DNA from: an uncultured Gammaproteobacteria bacterium
GTDB taxonomy: Bacteria; Patescibacteriota; Patescibacteriia; CAZSQN01
Reading direction: 5' to 3'
DNA: 64,000 nt
NCBI GenBank assembly: GCA_964609095.1
Contig: CAZSQN010000003.1
Location: 12,687-76,686, forward strand
Both the position numbers and the translations under genes were made by a program. Shown here one piece after another: positions 8,188 through 17,780 of the stretch. The notes beneath the pieces are model-generated. The model made no database searches. It was not told where the DNA came from and saw only the letters and a program-made list of their open reading frames with translations. Position 1 is the stretch's first letter; every line of letters begins with the position of its first letter.

Positions 8188-9366
8188 TCAAAGAATCAAA
8201 GAATCTACAAGTTTAACTTTCTCTATTTTAGCCATCGCGTTTCTTACAAGTTCTTCTACTTCCAGCTTCGCTTCCTCTCTGTCCAAATCTTCTGGACGCG
8301 ATTTTGTTGCCGGATTTTTGGGCACAAAAAGCGTGCAGCAATCCTCGTGCGGACGGATGGAAATTTCAAAAGTTCCTATCTTTTTCGCCATTTCAATTAT
8401 ATCATCTTTATTCTCTCCTATAAGCGGCCGCAAAATCGGGAGTTTAGCTGCCGCTTGCGCCGAAGAAATGTTTTCAATCGTCTGGCTGGCCACCTGTCCC
8501 AAGCTCTCTCCCGTAACCAAAGCTTTGGCGCCATTTGTCCGCGCAACTTCTTCGGCTATGCGCAACATAAATTTGCGATAAAGCAATACTCTGTATTTTG
8601 CTTCCGCTTTCATCATTATTTCTTTTTGAATATCAATAAAGGGAACAAGATAAAGCATTCCTCTTCCCTGCCAGCCCGCAAGCTCGGCGGCCAAGTCCTT
8701 AACCTTTTCAATTGAAGAACGGTTTGTATAAGGATAGGAATGAAAATGAATAAAATCAATTTCTGCTCCGCGGCGCATCATCTTCCAAGAAGCAACCGGC
8801 GAATCAATACCGCCGGAGAGCAATGAGAGAAGCTTGCCCGAACTCCCCACCGGCAATCCGCCTATTCCTTGATGAAATTCGCAGGAAATATAGCACTCTG
8901 TTTCCGCGATTATAATTGAACAAATTATATCCGGATTTTTAATTTTAACCTTTTTTTCTGTTCCCGCCGCCGCTGCCGCGCCAACGACTCTGCTTACCTC
9001 CATTGAATTTAAAGGAAATTTTTTATTTGACCGGCTGGTTTCTATTTTGAAAGAATCGCCGTCTGCCGCGCCCACTGCCAGAACCGCTTCTTTTTTTATT
9101 TCTTCAATATCCAGCGGCGCAACAGCCGCAAAATAAAAATTCGCTATGCCAAAGACGCGCGAAAGCGCGTCGCCAATATCAATTTTGCGCGCGGCAATCT
9201 CGTCTCCTTTAACTATTGCCCGTCCAAAACGCTTCTCTATTTTTATGCCTTTAAAATCCGAAAGGATTTTTTTTATATTAAAAATCAGCGCGTCTTCAAA
9301 CGCCCCTCTGTTTCTGCCTTTAAGCGCGAGTTCGTGATAATGAATAACTACCGCCGTTTGTCCCAT
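8188..9366 (-). CDS. thiI: tRNA 4-thiouridine synthase (THUMP domain plus PP-loop).
   Basis: PP-loop LLSGGIDSPVASW, an N-terminal THUMP-like region, and length about 390 aa. Confidence 0.8.
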   Translation of the reverse strand: MGQTAVVIHYHELALKGRNRGAFEDALIFNIKKILSDFKGIKIEKRFGRAIVKGDEIAARKIDIGDALSRVFGIANFYFAAVAPLDIEEIKKEAVLAVGAADGDSFKIETSRSNKKFPLNSMEVSRVVGAAAAAGTEKKVKIKNPDIICSIIIAETECYISCEFHQGIGGLPVGSSGKLLSLLSGGIDSPVASWKMMRRGAEIDFIHFHSYPYTNRSSIEKVKDLAAELAGWQGRGMLYLVPFIDIQKEIMMKAEAKYRVLLYRKFMLRIAEEVARTNGAKALVTGESLGQVASQTIENISSAQAAAKLPILRPLIGENKDDIIEMAKKIGTFEISIRPHEDCCTLFVPKNPATKSRPEDLDREEAKLEVEELVRNAMAKIEKVKLVDSLIL

Positions 9367-9401
9367 ATAGAATAGTTTATAATACTATATTTTAGGAAAT
9401 T

Positions 9402-9516
9402 AATCCCGTTAGAGATAGGAAACGGTTAAACCGTTTCCGTTAAACCTTTATAAATTTTCATAATTTATAATCATTTCTAAATTCAATAATTTCTGCGTAT
9501 AAAACATATATTGATC
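9402..9516. repeat. Inverted-repeat element: 14-bp arms ATCCCGTTAGAGAT / ATCTCTAACGGGAT enclosing a GGAAACGG-TTAAA-CCGTTTCC palindrome.
   Basis: Seen directly. It lies in the thiI upstream region. Confidence 0.5.
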
Positions 9517-9526
9517 TCTAACGGGA

Positions 9527-9557
9527 TAAAAAAGCCCCGGCTGTTTTAGTCGGGGCA
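9527..9557 (-). terminator. Rho-independent terminator for the 9569..10582 gene.
   Basis: Minus-strand hairpin GCCCCGACUAAAACAGCCGGGGC followed by UUUUUU. Confidence 0.6.
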
Positions 9558-9568
9558 CTTTATCAAAA

Positions 9569-10582
9569 CTATCTGGTATTTGAAGAAACGTTCGGAATAT
9601 CAATCGGCGGCCTGTTGGCGCCGCACAGCTCTTCCCTAACGCGGAAAGCCGCGTAAACAATCGGCCCGCCGCCGGCAAACGAGCGGATTTCCACCCGCAC
9701 AGCCGCCGGGTCAGCCGGAACCGCGAACGCAACCGCCGCGTTGGGATTAATCCGGTCGTCAAAAGCCAAAACATTTTGCTCCGTAAGAGGCGGCTCACCC
9801 GTAAAAACATAAAGGTCAACATCGCGAGCGGCGCCGCCCGAACCCGAAACGGCAACAAGCAAACACATACCGACAGTCGCGCCGGAAGGAAGTCCGGAAA
9901 CGGCCACGGTTCGGCCCTGCATGAAATTGGGGAAATCCGCCGCCCATGGCAAACGCGCCGCATTTGGTTCAGCGCCGCTCGCGATGGTGGAAATCGCCTC
10001 TTCCATGGCCCTTCTTTCAATATTCTGCAGCCGTGAAACAACATCAACTATCACTTCAACGCTCTCTACCGGATAAAGAGCCAAAACAATGCCCATCCTC
10101 GGTCCGCTTGAAACCGCGCCAAGCGTGACTCGCTCGGCGCCGCCAAGACAAAATCCCCGGCCGGCCATGCCAGCGCTCTTATACCAGTCATTCCTGTTTA
10201 GCCCCTGATTCACCAGTTCGCCGGCCATGTTGGTGGCGCCGACATCAACTTCTGCCAAAGGCAATTGAGTCGTGCCAACCAGCATATAACATCCCCGCGG
10301 AACTTCGGTCACAACGCTCAAGGCCCCGCTTTCGGTAGCCAAACCGGCGTAAACGGCAATCGCCGCCACGGAAGAAAGTCCGCTGGCCGTCTGAAATGAC
10401 CTCTGTCCCGTTCCCGCAACCTCAAAGTCGCTCTCGCCAAACTCAACTTCCGTCAGGCGCCGCATCGGCAAGCCGCCGCAGCCGAAAATGCTAAAAAGGG
10501 CAAACAGAGCCGTTGTCCGTCTCATCTCATTCTCCTCTCGTTGCTCCATTACAAGCTTATAATAAGCAAAAATCGCGGTCAA
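9569..10582 (-). CDS. Hypothetical secreted lipoprotein in a compositionally atypical, GC-rich segment.
   Basis: The probable start is the internal Met (MRRTTALFALFSIFGCGG, a signal peptide with a lipobox-like FGC). The segment 9450-10590 is visibly GC-richer than its flanks. No recognisable catalytic motif. Confidence 0.5.
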   Translation of the reverse strand: MTAIFAYYKLVMEQREENEMRRTTALFALFSIFGCGGLPMRRLTEVEFGESDFEVAGTGQRSFQTASGLSSVAAIAVYAGLATESGALSVVTEVPRGCYMLVGTTQLPLAEVDVGATNMAGELVNQGLNRNDWYKSAGMAGRGFCLGGAERVTLGAVSSGPRMGIVLALYPVESVEVIVDVVSRLQNIERRAMEEAISTIASGAEPNAARLPWAADFPNFMQGRTVAVSGLPSGATVGMCLLVAVSGSGGAARDVDLYVFTGEPPLTEQNVLAFDDRINPNAAVAFAVPADPAAVRVEIRSFAGGGPIVYAAFRVREELCGANRPPIDIPNVSSNTR

Positions 10583-10600
10583 ATCCCGCGGCCATTCTTT

Positions 10601-11113
10601 TTAAAGTTTCACCGTATCACCAATCACTTTGCCTACGATTATGCCGATAGCCGCGGCCAATCCTCCTATCACCAGCATTCTTAACGCGCCTTTCAAAACA
10701 TTAAGTCCGGAAATCTTCGCGCTAACTACTCCAAGCAGAAACAAAGCGGCTAAAGAAAAAAGTATTGACAAAAGAAACGCCAGCGGCATGGGAAGAATTA
10801 TATAAGGGAAAAGCGGAACAAAACCAGACGCAAAATACGAAAAAAACATAATCGTTCCGGTAATTACCGAACGGACGGGCGGCGCTTCCGCGCGTTTCAT
10901 ATATTCCTCGGCCGAATATTCAGAAAGGAAGCTTCCCACCGCCATGGAAAACGCCTCTACAAAAATCAAAACCACGCCGGTTAAAAAAATGGTCTTTCTC
11001 GGCACATTAGCTATGGCCACGCCCGAGAGCAGACCAACGGTTGAAACCAAGCTGTCTTCCACTCCAAAAATAAAGCTTCTAAAATACGAAGCCAAGGTAG
11101 TTTTGCTGTTCAT
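10601..11113 (-). CDS. VIT1/CCC1-family (DUF125) membrane iron/manganese transporter-like protein.
   Basis: RSFIFGVEDSLVSTVGLLSGVA motif plus C-terminal TM helices. Confidence 0.55.
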   Translation of the reverse strand: MNSKTTLASYFRSFIFGVEDSLVSTVGLLSGVAIANVPRKTIFLTGVVLIFVEAFSMAVGSFLSEYSAEEYMKRAEAPPVRSVITGTIMFFSYFASGFVPLFPYIILPMPLAFLLSILFSLAALFLLGVVSAKISGLNVLKGALRMLVIGGLAAAIGIIVGKVIGDTVKL

Positions 11114-11160
11114 ACTCCGTACAATAATTTCAACGTAAAAATGATTTGGGAAAAACCCGC

Positions 11161-11538
11161 CTATCTAAACCATTCCTTCAGATTTTTCGGCCAGCCGCGC
11201 AGTAAAAATAGCGCGAGCGGCGCGCCCCAATTAGCCCATCTTTCCACAAAATCCCAAAACGGCTCGCCAACCACCGGCCGAAGCAATGCTGTCCAAAATC
11301 CCCAAACAATCGCCCAAAGAAGAGCAATTCTAATTGGCCTCAACAACACCAAAACCGCAACGGTTACATCCAAAATGCCAATGGCAAGAAGCAATTTTCC
11401 CGCTAGGACGCTATCAACATTAAGCAAATCCTGAATCCAGCCAATCCACGCCTTTTTGCCTTGAAGCGCGAAAACTCCGTGCCCTAGAAATTCACCGAAG
11501 ACCGCGATTCTTAAAACCCAGAGAACGCTTTTGTTCAT
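11161..11538 (-). CDS. DoxX-like small membrane protein.
   Basis: 125 aa with 3-4 TM helices and the pattern LRIAVFGEFLGHG. Confidence 0.35.
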   Translation of the reverse strand: MNKSVLWVLRIAVFGEFLGHGVFALQGKKAWIGWIQDLLNVDSVLAGKLLLAIGILDVTVAVLVLLRPIRIALLWAIVWGFWTALLRPVVGEPFWDFVERWANWGAPLALFLLRGWPKNLKEWFR

Positions 11539-11553
11539 AATGATTATAAAAAA

Positions 11554-12246
11554 TTAATTAGTATCTTTTGAGAGCAAAGAATATAGCCAGACATAAGCAA
11601 GCGCGACGCCCACCCAGAACATTACCACATTGCTGCCGCGCGTGGCCGGACTTGTCCAAGCCGCGGCAAGATAAAAATTGATGTTCATCAAAAGACCGCC
11701 GGCAAGCGCGAGCAAAGACAGGCACAACCCGCAACGTTTGATTTTATTGCTCACCGGAGCGGCAATAAAATAAATCCCGATAAGCAGGGCAAAAGCAATC
11801 GCCACCTGGCTCCACTCTACCGCGTAGGCAAACGCAATGGCGTTTTTTGAGGCAAAACCCAAAAGAAAATCCTTATACCACGGAAAAGGATTTTTGCCGG
11901 CAAAAAAAGCCAATGTCTTGCTGATTCCGCTGACAAACTCCGGCGACGAAACCTTTTCCCAGCCGGCGCTCCACCACTCGTAAGCCACCGTTGCCTGCGC
12001 TCCCAAAAGGCCAAGCAAATAAAGAGTTTCTTTTTTCATGGAAACCAGCCGGTCTTTGCGCCCCATCATAGAAAGCAAGCCGCAAGTCGCCCACAACCCT
12101 TCAAAAAGGGAAAATACGCCAAAAAGAGCCGCCGCCAGCCGCGCCGCCGGATGCTTAAAGAGGGCGAACGCCGCGAACAGAAAAAACGCGGCGCCCAAAA
12201 ACCTTACCGCGCGGTCAAAAGCGTTAAGATTTTTATTTAATTGCAT
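11554..12246 (-). CDS. Membrane protein: DUF2892 (YgaP-like) N-terminus plus a DoxX-like body.
   Basis: NAFDRAVRFLGAAFFLFAAFALF followed by multiple TM helices. Confidence 0.35.
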   Translation of the reverse strand: MQLNKNLNAFDRAVRFLGAAFFLFAAFALFKHPAARLAAALFGVFSLFEGLWATCGLLSMMGRKDRLVSMKKETLYLLGLLGAQATVAYEWWSAGWEKVSSPEFVSGISKTLAFFAGKNPFPWYKDFLLGFASKNAIAFAYAVEWSQVAIAFALLIGIYFIAAPVSNKIKRCGLCLSLLALAGGLLMNINFYLAAAWTSPATRGSNVVMFWVGVALAYVWLYSLLSKDTN

Positions 12247-12356
12247 AGAAAATTAATTATGTGGATAAGTCCCTTTAATTATATCATAATACGGCTTGTT
12301 TATTTATAATTTAGGAATTACTATGTATAATACGGCTTAAATCAATAAAAAATCTT

Positions 12357-12941
12357 ATGCCTTATCTGCCCAAACCGCTGCCTTACAAAGAACTCAAAGG
12401 CATTTCAGCCAAAACACTGGAAATACATCACGGAAAGCTCTATGCGGGCTATGTTAATAAAAGAAACGAAATTGAGGATAAATTAAAATCCGCAGACCTT
12501 TCTTCGGCCAATCAAACCTATTCCGAATTGCGCGCGCTTAAAGTTGAAGAAACCTTTGCCGGAAACGGCGCGGCGCTGCACGAGGCCTATTTTGAAGGAA
12601 TGGGCGGAAGTGGCGGCAGGCCGTCGGGTAAGCTCCTTTCGGCAATAGAAGCCGAATGGGGTAATTATGAAAAGTGGGAGGCGGAATTTAAGGCCTGCGC
12701 TCTGGCTGTGCGCGGCTGGGTCGTGCTGGCCTACGATACTAATGATAATCGGCTTCACAATTATGTCGGTGACGCCCACAACCAGGGAGGAATGTGGGGC
12801 GCGATTCCGGTTCTTGTGCACGATGTTTACGAACACGCTTATTTTATTGATTACGGCAGCGACAGAAAGACCTATGTGGAAGCATATATGAGCAATATTA
12901 ATTGGACGGCGGCAGAAAAAATTTATTCTAAATACGCTTAA
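12357..12941 (+). CDS. sodA: Fe/Mn superoxide dismutase.
   Basis: LPYxxxELxGISAKTLEIHHGKLYAGYV at the N-terminus, and DVYEHAYFIDYGSDRKTYVEAYMSNINW (the D-x-W-E-H-A-Y-Y signature) at the C-terminus. Confidence 0.9.
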   Translation: MPYLPKPLPYKELKGISAKTLEIHHGKLYAGYVNKRNEIEDKLKSADLSSANQTYSELRALKVEETFAGNGAALHEAYFEGMGGSGGRPSGKLLSAIEAEWGNYEKWEAEFKACALAVRGWVVLAYDTNDNRLHNYVGDAHNQGGMWGAIPVLVHDVYEHAYFIDYGSDRKTYVEAYMSNINWTAAEKIYSKYA

Positions 12942-13011
12942 GCCAACGGCAGACAGCCAACAGTTGATAATTTCTGTTGGCCGTTAGCTATAAGCTTTAA
13001 GCTAAAATAGT

Positions 13012-13554
13012 ATGATTAAAATCGGCTTTCCGGCGCCTGATTGGAACGGCGCCGTAGCGTATCAAAAAGGAAAATTCATTAAATTGTCCCTCGCCGATTA
13101 TAAAGGCAAGTGGCTGGCGCTGTTCTTTTATCCGCGCGATTTTACTTATATCTGCCCCACTGAATTAAGGGCTTTCGCGGCGCAAAAGGCGGATTTCGGC
13201 AAATTAAAAGCGGAAATCGTTGCCTGCTCAACCGACTCCGAATGGAGCCACAAAGCGTGGATGGAGCACGATCTTCCGCAAGTTGATTATCCGGTGATAG
13301 CCGACACCACGCACCAGATTGCGGCGCGTTATGATGTTCTAAACGAAGAGAGCGGCGCCGCGGAACGGGGAACTTTTTTAATTGACCCGGAAGGCATCGT
13401 GCGCTATATTGTCGTGTCTTCGGAACAAGTCGGCAGGTCGGTTAAAGAAACATTAAGAGTCCTTCAGGCATTGGAGACCGAAGAGAGATGCCCGGCGGAA
13501 TGGCATCCGGGCGAACCCACCTTGGGAAAACCCGACCAAAATAAAAAATCTTAA
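13012..13554 (+). CDS. 2-Cys peroxiredoxin (AhpC/TSA family).
   Basis: FFYPRDFTYICPTEL contains the peroxidatic Cys. The C-terminal CPAEWHPG contains the resolving Cys. Confidence 0.9.
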   Translation: MIKIGFPAPDWNGAVAYQKGKFIKLSLADYKGKWLALFFYPRDFTYICPTELRAFAAQKADFGKLKAEIVACSTDSEWSHKAWMEHDLPQVDYPVIADTTHQIAARYDVLNEESGAAERGTFLIDPEGIVRYIVVSSEQVGRSVKETLRVLQALETEERCPAEWHPGEPTLGKPDQNKKS

Positions 13555-13557
13555 TGT

Positions 13558-13585
13558 CAAAACCCCGATAAAAATCGGGGTTTTT
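13558..13585. terminator. Bidirectional rho-independent terminator between convergent genes.
   Basis: AAAACCCCGAT-AAAAA-ATCGGGGTTTTT. Confidence 0.75.
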
Positions 13586-13590
13586 AAAAA

Positions 13591-14019
13591 TTATCTCTGC
13601 TCCCGGCAAACGGAACTGCCTAAAACATAAGCGGATAAATATATTCCGCCTTGACCTTTTACAGAAGTAACATTGACGCTTATATTGTCCGTTAGCGACG
13701 GCCTTCCGTATAAAACAAAAGCGTAATTTCCCGCCTTTTTCCCGGAAACCTCAACCTCAAACCGCCAAAATATGGAAATCGTTAATTCCGGCTGATCGCC
13801 TTCTCTTGGCGAAGTCACAAAAAGCAGGCAATCGCCGGACCACCCTTGCGGCGGCAAAGGCCAGTCCAAAGTCATTCCTTCCAGCATAAAAACATCTTCA
13901 TCAACCCAACGAATCGGTCTGGCTCGGGCGTCAATTGAATTCAACAATCTGTTGAATCTGGCCTCCTCCGCGGAAACGCAGGATGCTAAAAAAAGAACCA
14001 AAAGAGCTGTCTTTTTCAT
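13591..14019 (-). CDS. Hypothetical small lipoprotein.
   Basis: The signal peptide MKKTALLVLFLASC carries a lipobox. No other motifs. Confidence 0.5.
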   Translation of the reverse strand: MKKTALLVLFLASCVSAEEARFNRLLNSIDARARPIRWVDEDVFMLEGMTLDWPLPPQGWSGDCLLFVTSPREGDQPELTISIFWRFEVEVSGKKAGNYAFVLYGRPSLTDNISVNVTSVKGQGGIYLSAYVLGSSVCREQR

Positions 14020-14111
14020 CTTCTTCTCCTCAATCTACAGTATCTGACGCATTGCTTATCGTCAATTGCTTATGATAAATTTAAAATGAGTTCTTTCCCA
14101 AAAGGAGCAAA

Positions 14112-14480
14112 ATGGAAATCAAACTGACCGATGCCGCCATCTCCGCCGCTCTTCAGATTTTGAAAAACGAGATCGCCGGACAAAAAGCCGGGGAAGAAAA
14201 GTATGTCGGCGTAAGAATCAAGATCGTCGGCGGCGGCTGCGGCGGCTTTGCCTATGAGATGAACCTGGAAATTCAGACCGAGATTAGGGAAGGGCGCGAT
14301 ATGGAATTTGAATTTGGAGAAAACGAGAAACTAAAAATCGTCGCGGACCGATTTTCCATGCAGTATCTTGACGGCGTTACTATTGACTTTACAAATGACG
14401 GCCTTGGCGGCGCCGGTTTCAAGTTTGAAAATCCCAATGTCAAGTCAAAATGCGGCTGCGGCGGCTCTTTCTCCGATTAA
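14112..14480 (+). CDS. Fe-S cluster assembly A-type carrier (HesB/IscA/ErpA family).
   Basis: GGGCGGFAY...CGCGGSF signature cysteines. Confidence 0.85.
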   Translation: MEIKLTDAAISAALQILKNEIAGQKAGEEKYVGVRIKIVGGGCGGFAYEMNLEIQTEIREGRDMEFEFGENEKLKIVADRFSMQYLDGVTIDFTNDGLGGAGFKFENPNVKSKCGCGGSFSD

Positions 14481-14542
14481 AAATCCCCTTCTAAAATTCT
14501 GGAGGGGATATTTTATTTGCGAAAATGATTTTAAAGTTGGAC

Positions 14543-15100
14543 TTATATTTTCTTAATCACATTTTCCACCGCGGCCCATTTGGAAGGATTATTTTTTGGG
14601 ACCAAAATCACCGCTTCGTCCCCGGCCTCGCCTTTAAAATAAGTAATGCTTGCCGTCAGCGCGTTCCATTTTTTGCCGTCGGAGATAACTGAAAATTGCT
14701 TGGTCACCTGGTCTTGTTCAACAACCCCCACCAACCTCTCCCGCTCTATGGGCCCGATTTGCTTATACATAAATTTGCCGCCGGGCGCGATCACCAGCTT
14801 AAGCATATCCCCTTCCACCAATTTTGATTTGGACGCGTAGTTTGGCGGCACGGCATATTGCTTGCCATCGCTTCCTACCATATGCGTTCCGTCAAAAACG
14901 CCCTCCACGACCCTTCCGCCTCCGGCATCGATTGGTTCGCCGGTTGCCGCCGCCTCCACAAGCATTTTCTTCACTTCTTCCTCGTTTACCGCTTCTCCTT
15001 CGGAGAGCAGCCGCAGGGCGCTCGCGATATTTGTTTCCGCGCTTTTTAAAATTTTTTTAAGCACTTCATTTTTATCCATATTTTTTATCCGCCGACGCAA
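14543..15100 (-). CDS. Conserved hypothetical protein.
   Basis: ORF with no recognisable motif. The probable start is MDKNEVL. Confidence 0.4.
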   Translation of the reverse strand: MRRRIKNMDKNEVLKKILKSAETNIASALRLLSEGEAVNEEEVKKMLVEAAATGEPIDAGGGRVVEGVFDGTHMVGSDGKQYAVPPNYASKSKLVEGDMLKLVIAPGGKFMYKQIGPIERERLVGVVEQDQVTKQFSVISDGKKWNALTASITYFKGEAGDEAVILVPKNNPSKWAAVENVIKKI

Positions 15101-15159
15101 ATCGTATTATAAAATAATTAGATTAACAAAGGCGGATAACCATGAGCGAGTAAAGCGAA

Positions 15160-15254
15160 AGGCGGGCAACAAACTTTTTCGCGCGCCGCTGCTGTCCGAG
15201 CGAGCCGACGTCAGGTGAGCGAGTTCAGCGGCAAGAAAAAGTTTGTTGCCCGCC
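15160..15254. terminator. Compound hairpin: 19-bp perfect inverted repeat GGCGGGCAACAAACTTTTT / AAAAAGTTTGTTGCCCGCC enclosing an inner GCCGCTG/CAGCGGC stem.
   Basis: Seen directly in the sequence. It lies between the stop of the ATPase gene (15264) and the next minus-strand gene start (15100). Confidence 0.5.
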
Positions 15255-15263
15255 GATCATGCT

Positions 15264-17780
15264 TCATGCTCCCGACTGCGCCCTTTCCAAGATTTCCGCT
15301 TCCACCAGCTTGCGGTTGCGCCCGTATTTTAACCGGCTGATGTTTTTAATCGCTTCAATCAGCTTAACATCGCCTTTTATCGGCGGCGGAATGGAAACAT
15401 TAAACGGACGCGATGCGGTATTATCAATCAGCAATTTAGTGTTGGCGGTAAAAGCGTCGCAATTGATTAAGTCATACGGCCCGAATACCGGCGCGAATTC
15501 TTTGGACAAAAACTCGGCGTCTTCGGCGCCAACGCGAAAAGCGGCCATCGTGCCCACATTGCCAAAAATAGCGTCGCGAATGGCCGTGTCCCCGCCTTTG
15601 CCCACAAGCTGGCCTATGTATTGGTGGGCAATCACCAGACCCAAGCCGTATTTGCGCGCTTCTGACAAAATTGTGGCAATGGAATCGGTAAGGAAATTCT
15701 GAAACTCGTCAATATAGAGGAAAAAGTCCTGGCGCTCCTCGCGCGGCATATCGGTGCGGGAAAGCGCCGCGGCCAAAATTTTTCCCACCACCACCATGCC
15801 GATTAGATACGCGTTCAGCTCTCCAAGTTTGCCTTTAGAAAGGTCAAGAAGCAGAATTTTGCCCTCGTCCATTACCTGCCGGAAATTAAACGCGCTTTTT
15901 TGCTGGCCGATAATAGGCCGCACGATGTCGTTGGTGATAAACGGCGTTAGTTTGGAAGTGATGTAAGGAACCATATTAGCCAAAGATGCTTCTCCGCCGG
16001 CTTTCTGCGCTTCCTTGAGCCAAAAATCCTTGACCACCTGCGTTTTGCATTTAGAAAGCTTAAAGGCGCGGAACTTTTCATCGGCCAGCACGCGAGGAAC
16101 CTCCATTAAAGTGGAACCGGATTCAGGGTCATCCATAATAAGCAATAAGGCGTTCCTCATATATTGCTCAAACATCGGGCCTCCGGTTGCTTTGAGGTCA
16201 TAGAGCTTATCAAAAATCTTCAATATCTCATTGATGACAAAGGTCTTTTGTTCCGGATAACGCTCGTCATATTCCAGCATATTCAAGCCCATAGGCCGTT
16301 CGATGTCGGACGGGTCAAAATAAATAACATCGTCAACGCGCTCTTTGGGAACAAGCGCGATCGCGTCCCGCGCCAGGTCGCCGTGCGGATCCAAGGCGCA
16401 AATGCCGCGCCCGGCCTCAATATCCTGCTTAATCATCTGTTTTAAAAATTCGCTTTTGCCCACGCCGGATTTTCCAATGATGTAAAAGTGGCGCAGACGG
16501 TCCGGCTGTTTGATGCGCACGAGATGCTCTTGTCCGCGATATTTAACCGTGCCGATAACCATGCCCTCTTTGGGCAGATTTGTCGGAGGAGGCGGTTTTC
16601 TGGCGGATAGCCACATGATATTCGGGGTTTCAATGCCGGGAAGAGGAAAATGATAAACGCCGGCGAACTCTTCCGCGTTCAAAATAATTTTTCTTTTTTC
16701 GTCAAAAGTTCTGTAAATAAAATTGTGAACGAATCTGGGCAAAGAGCGCGGCGTCTTGCGGCTGAAACTGTTGCCGTATTCGTAGATATTGAATTGCGAA
16801 AAAGAATTGGCAATGTTGTCAAGGTGCATTTTGGCTCTGGCGCCGTCAGGAGAGGAAACAATAATCCTGACATTGACTTCCAACCCGGCTTTTGACGCCT
16901 TCTCCTCCAGCCCGCGCACGGCTTCCTCCTCAAGCGGAGAAAGCTTGTACTCTTTCGGCGGAGCGGTCCCTTCTTTTTTTGCCGGAGCCGTCGCCGCCTG
17001 CAAACCGCCCAAAAAGCTTGCGCCCCTCATCGCCTCTTTCATGCTCTTTCCTTGCTGCATGGCGCGGGCAATTTTTAATCCCGAAGAACGCCAATCGCCC
17101 CTTGCGGAACGGACTACAAATTGTATTGCCGCGCCGTCCGGTGAGGCGATCTTGCTCATAGAATTGGTGATGGCGGAGAGAGGGTCGGAATCAAGTTTTT
17201 TGTATGTTTTTATGGGGAAACCGCCGGGGCGTTTAAAAATCAAGTTTGCCCCGGCAATAACTCCGGTGGGGTTAAAAATGTTATAATCCCGCACCTCTTC
17301 AATCTGGGCGGATGGGAACTGGGCATGAACCTGCTGTTCCAAAAAATCGCGCAAACTCTTGGGCGCGGCGAGGTAAAAATAAATCAGTCCGTCTTTGGAA
17401 ACGATCTCAAAAGAAAAGGCGTCAGAACGGCCCGCAAGCCACGCTTTAAATCCTTTTTGCGGACGCAGTCCCCCGACCGCGGAAAAAAGCGCCTCGGAAA
17501 CGCCGATATCTTGGCGAATTTTGTCAATGGATGGGCTTTGCGTCTGCTCCTCGGCTTTAAGCGCTTCTTTGGGCACTAGAATCCGCAGCACGACTTTGTC
17601 AAAACCCAGTGCGCTCTCGTTGCGCCGGCGAAAATAATATCTTAAGCCGCGCAAAAATATTAAAACGGCGAAAATCAACCCGGCCAGAATCAATGACGCC
17701 AAAACCAAACCGTCGCCGGCAAAACCGGCGGCCTCCGGAGATTCTAAAACAACGGCTATTTGTAAGAGAAAGACAAGCAT
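15264..17780 (-). CDS. FtsK/HerA-superfamily P-loop ATPase resembling type IV secretion coupling proteins (VirD4/TraD/TraG-like).
   Basis: Two N-terminal TM helices. Walker A IIGKSGVGKSE, the motif ALDPHGDLARDA (compare the DPKGE motif of coupling proteins), Walker B LYIDEFQNF and a C-terminal IAHQYIGQL. 838 aa. Confidence 0.55.
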   Translation of the reverse strand: MLVFLLQIAVVLESPEAAGFAGDGLVLASLILAGLIFAVLIFLRGLRYYFRRRNESALGFDKVVLRILVPKEALKAEEQTQSPSIDKIRQDIGVSEALFSAVGGLRPQKGFKAWLAGRSDAFSFEIVSKDGLIYFYLAAPKSLRDFLEQQVHAQFPSAQIEEVRDYNIFNPTGVIAGANLIFKRPGGFPIKTYKKLDSDPLSAITNSMSKIASPDGAAIQFVVRSARGDWRSSGLKIARAMQQGKSMKEAMRGASFLGGLQAATAPAKKEGTAPPKEYKLSPLEEEAVRGLEEKASKAGLEVNVRIIVSSPDGARAKMHLDNIANSFSQFNIYEYGNSFSRKTPRSLPRFVHNFIYRTFDEKRKIILNAEEFAGVYHFPLPGIETPNIMWLSARKPPPPTNLPKEGMVIGTVKYRGQEHLVRIKQPDRLRHFYIIGKSGVGKSEFLKQMIKQDIEAGRGICALDPHGDLARDAIALVPKERVDDVIYFDPSDIERPMGLNMLEYDERYPEQKTFVINEILKIFDKLYDLKATGGPMFEQYMRNALLLIMDDPESGSTLMEVPRVLADEKFRAFKLSKCKTQVVKDFWLKEAQKAGGEASLANMVPYITSKLTPFITNDIVRPIIGQQKSAFNFRQVMDEGKILLLDLSKGKLGELNAYLIGMVVVGKILAAALSRTDMPREERQDFFLYIDEFQNFLTDSIATILSEARKYGLGLVIAHQYIGQLVGKGGDTAIRDAIFGNVGTMAAFRVGAEDAEFLSKEFAPVFGPYDLINCDAFTANTKLLIDNTASRPFNVSIPPPIKGDVKLIEAIKNISRLKYGRNRKLVEAEILERAQSGA

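Noticed and set aside
8047-8715. Plus-strand ORFs 8047..8715 (222 aa) and 8180..8581 inside thiI.
   Set aside because: They are antisense to the well-supported thiI gene and their translations are low-complexity.
9448-10047. 199-aa ORF overlapping the 3' half of the GC-rich lipoprotein gene in another frame.
   Set aside because: The overlap is out of frame and its sequence is Arg/Leu-rich and low-complexity, typical of GC-rich shadow ORFs. The longer frame with a signal peptide and its own terminator is preferred.
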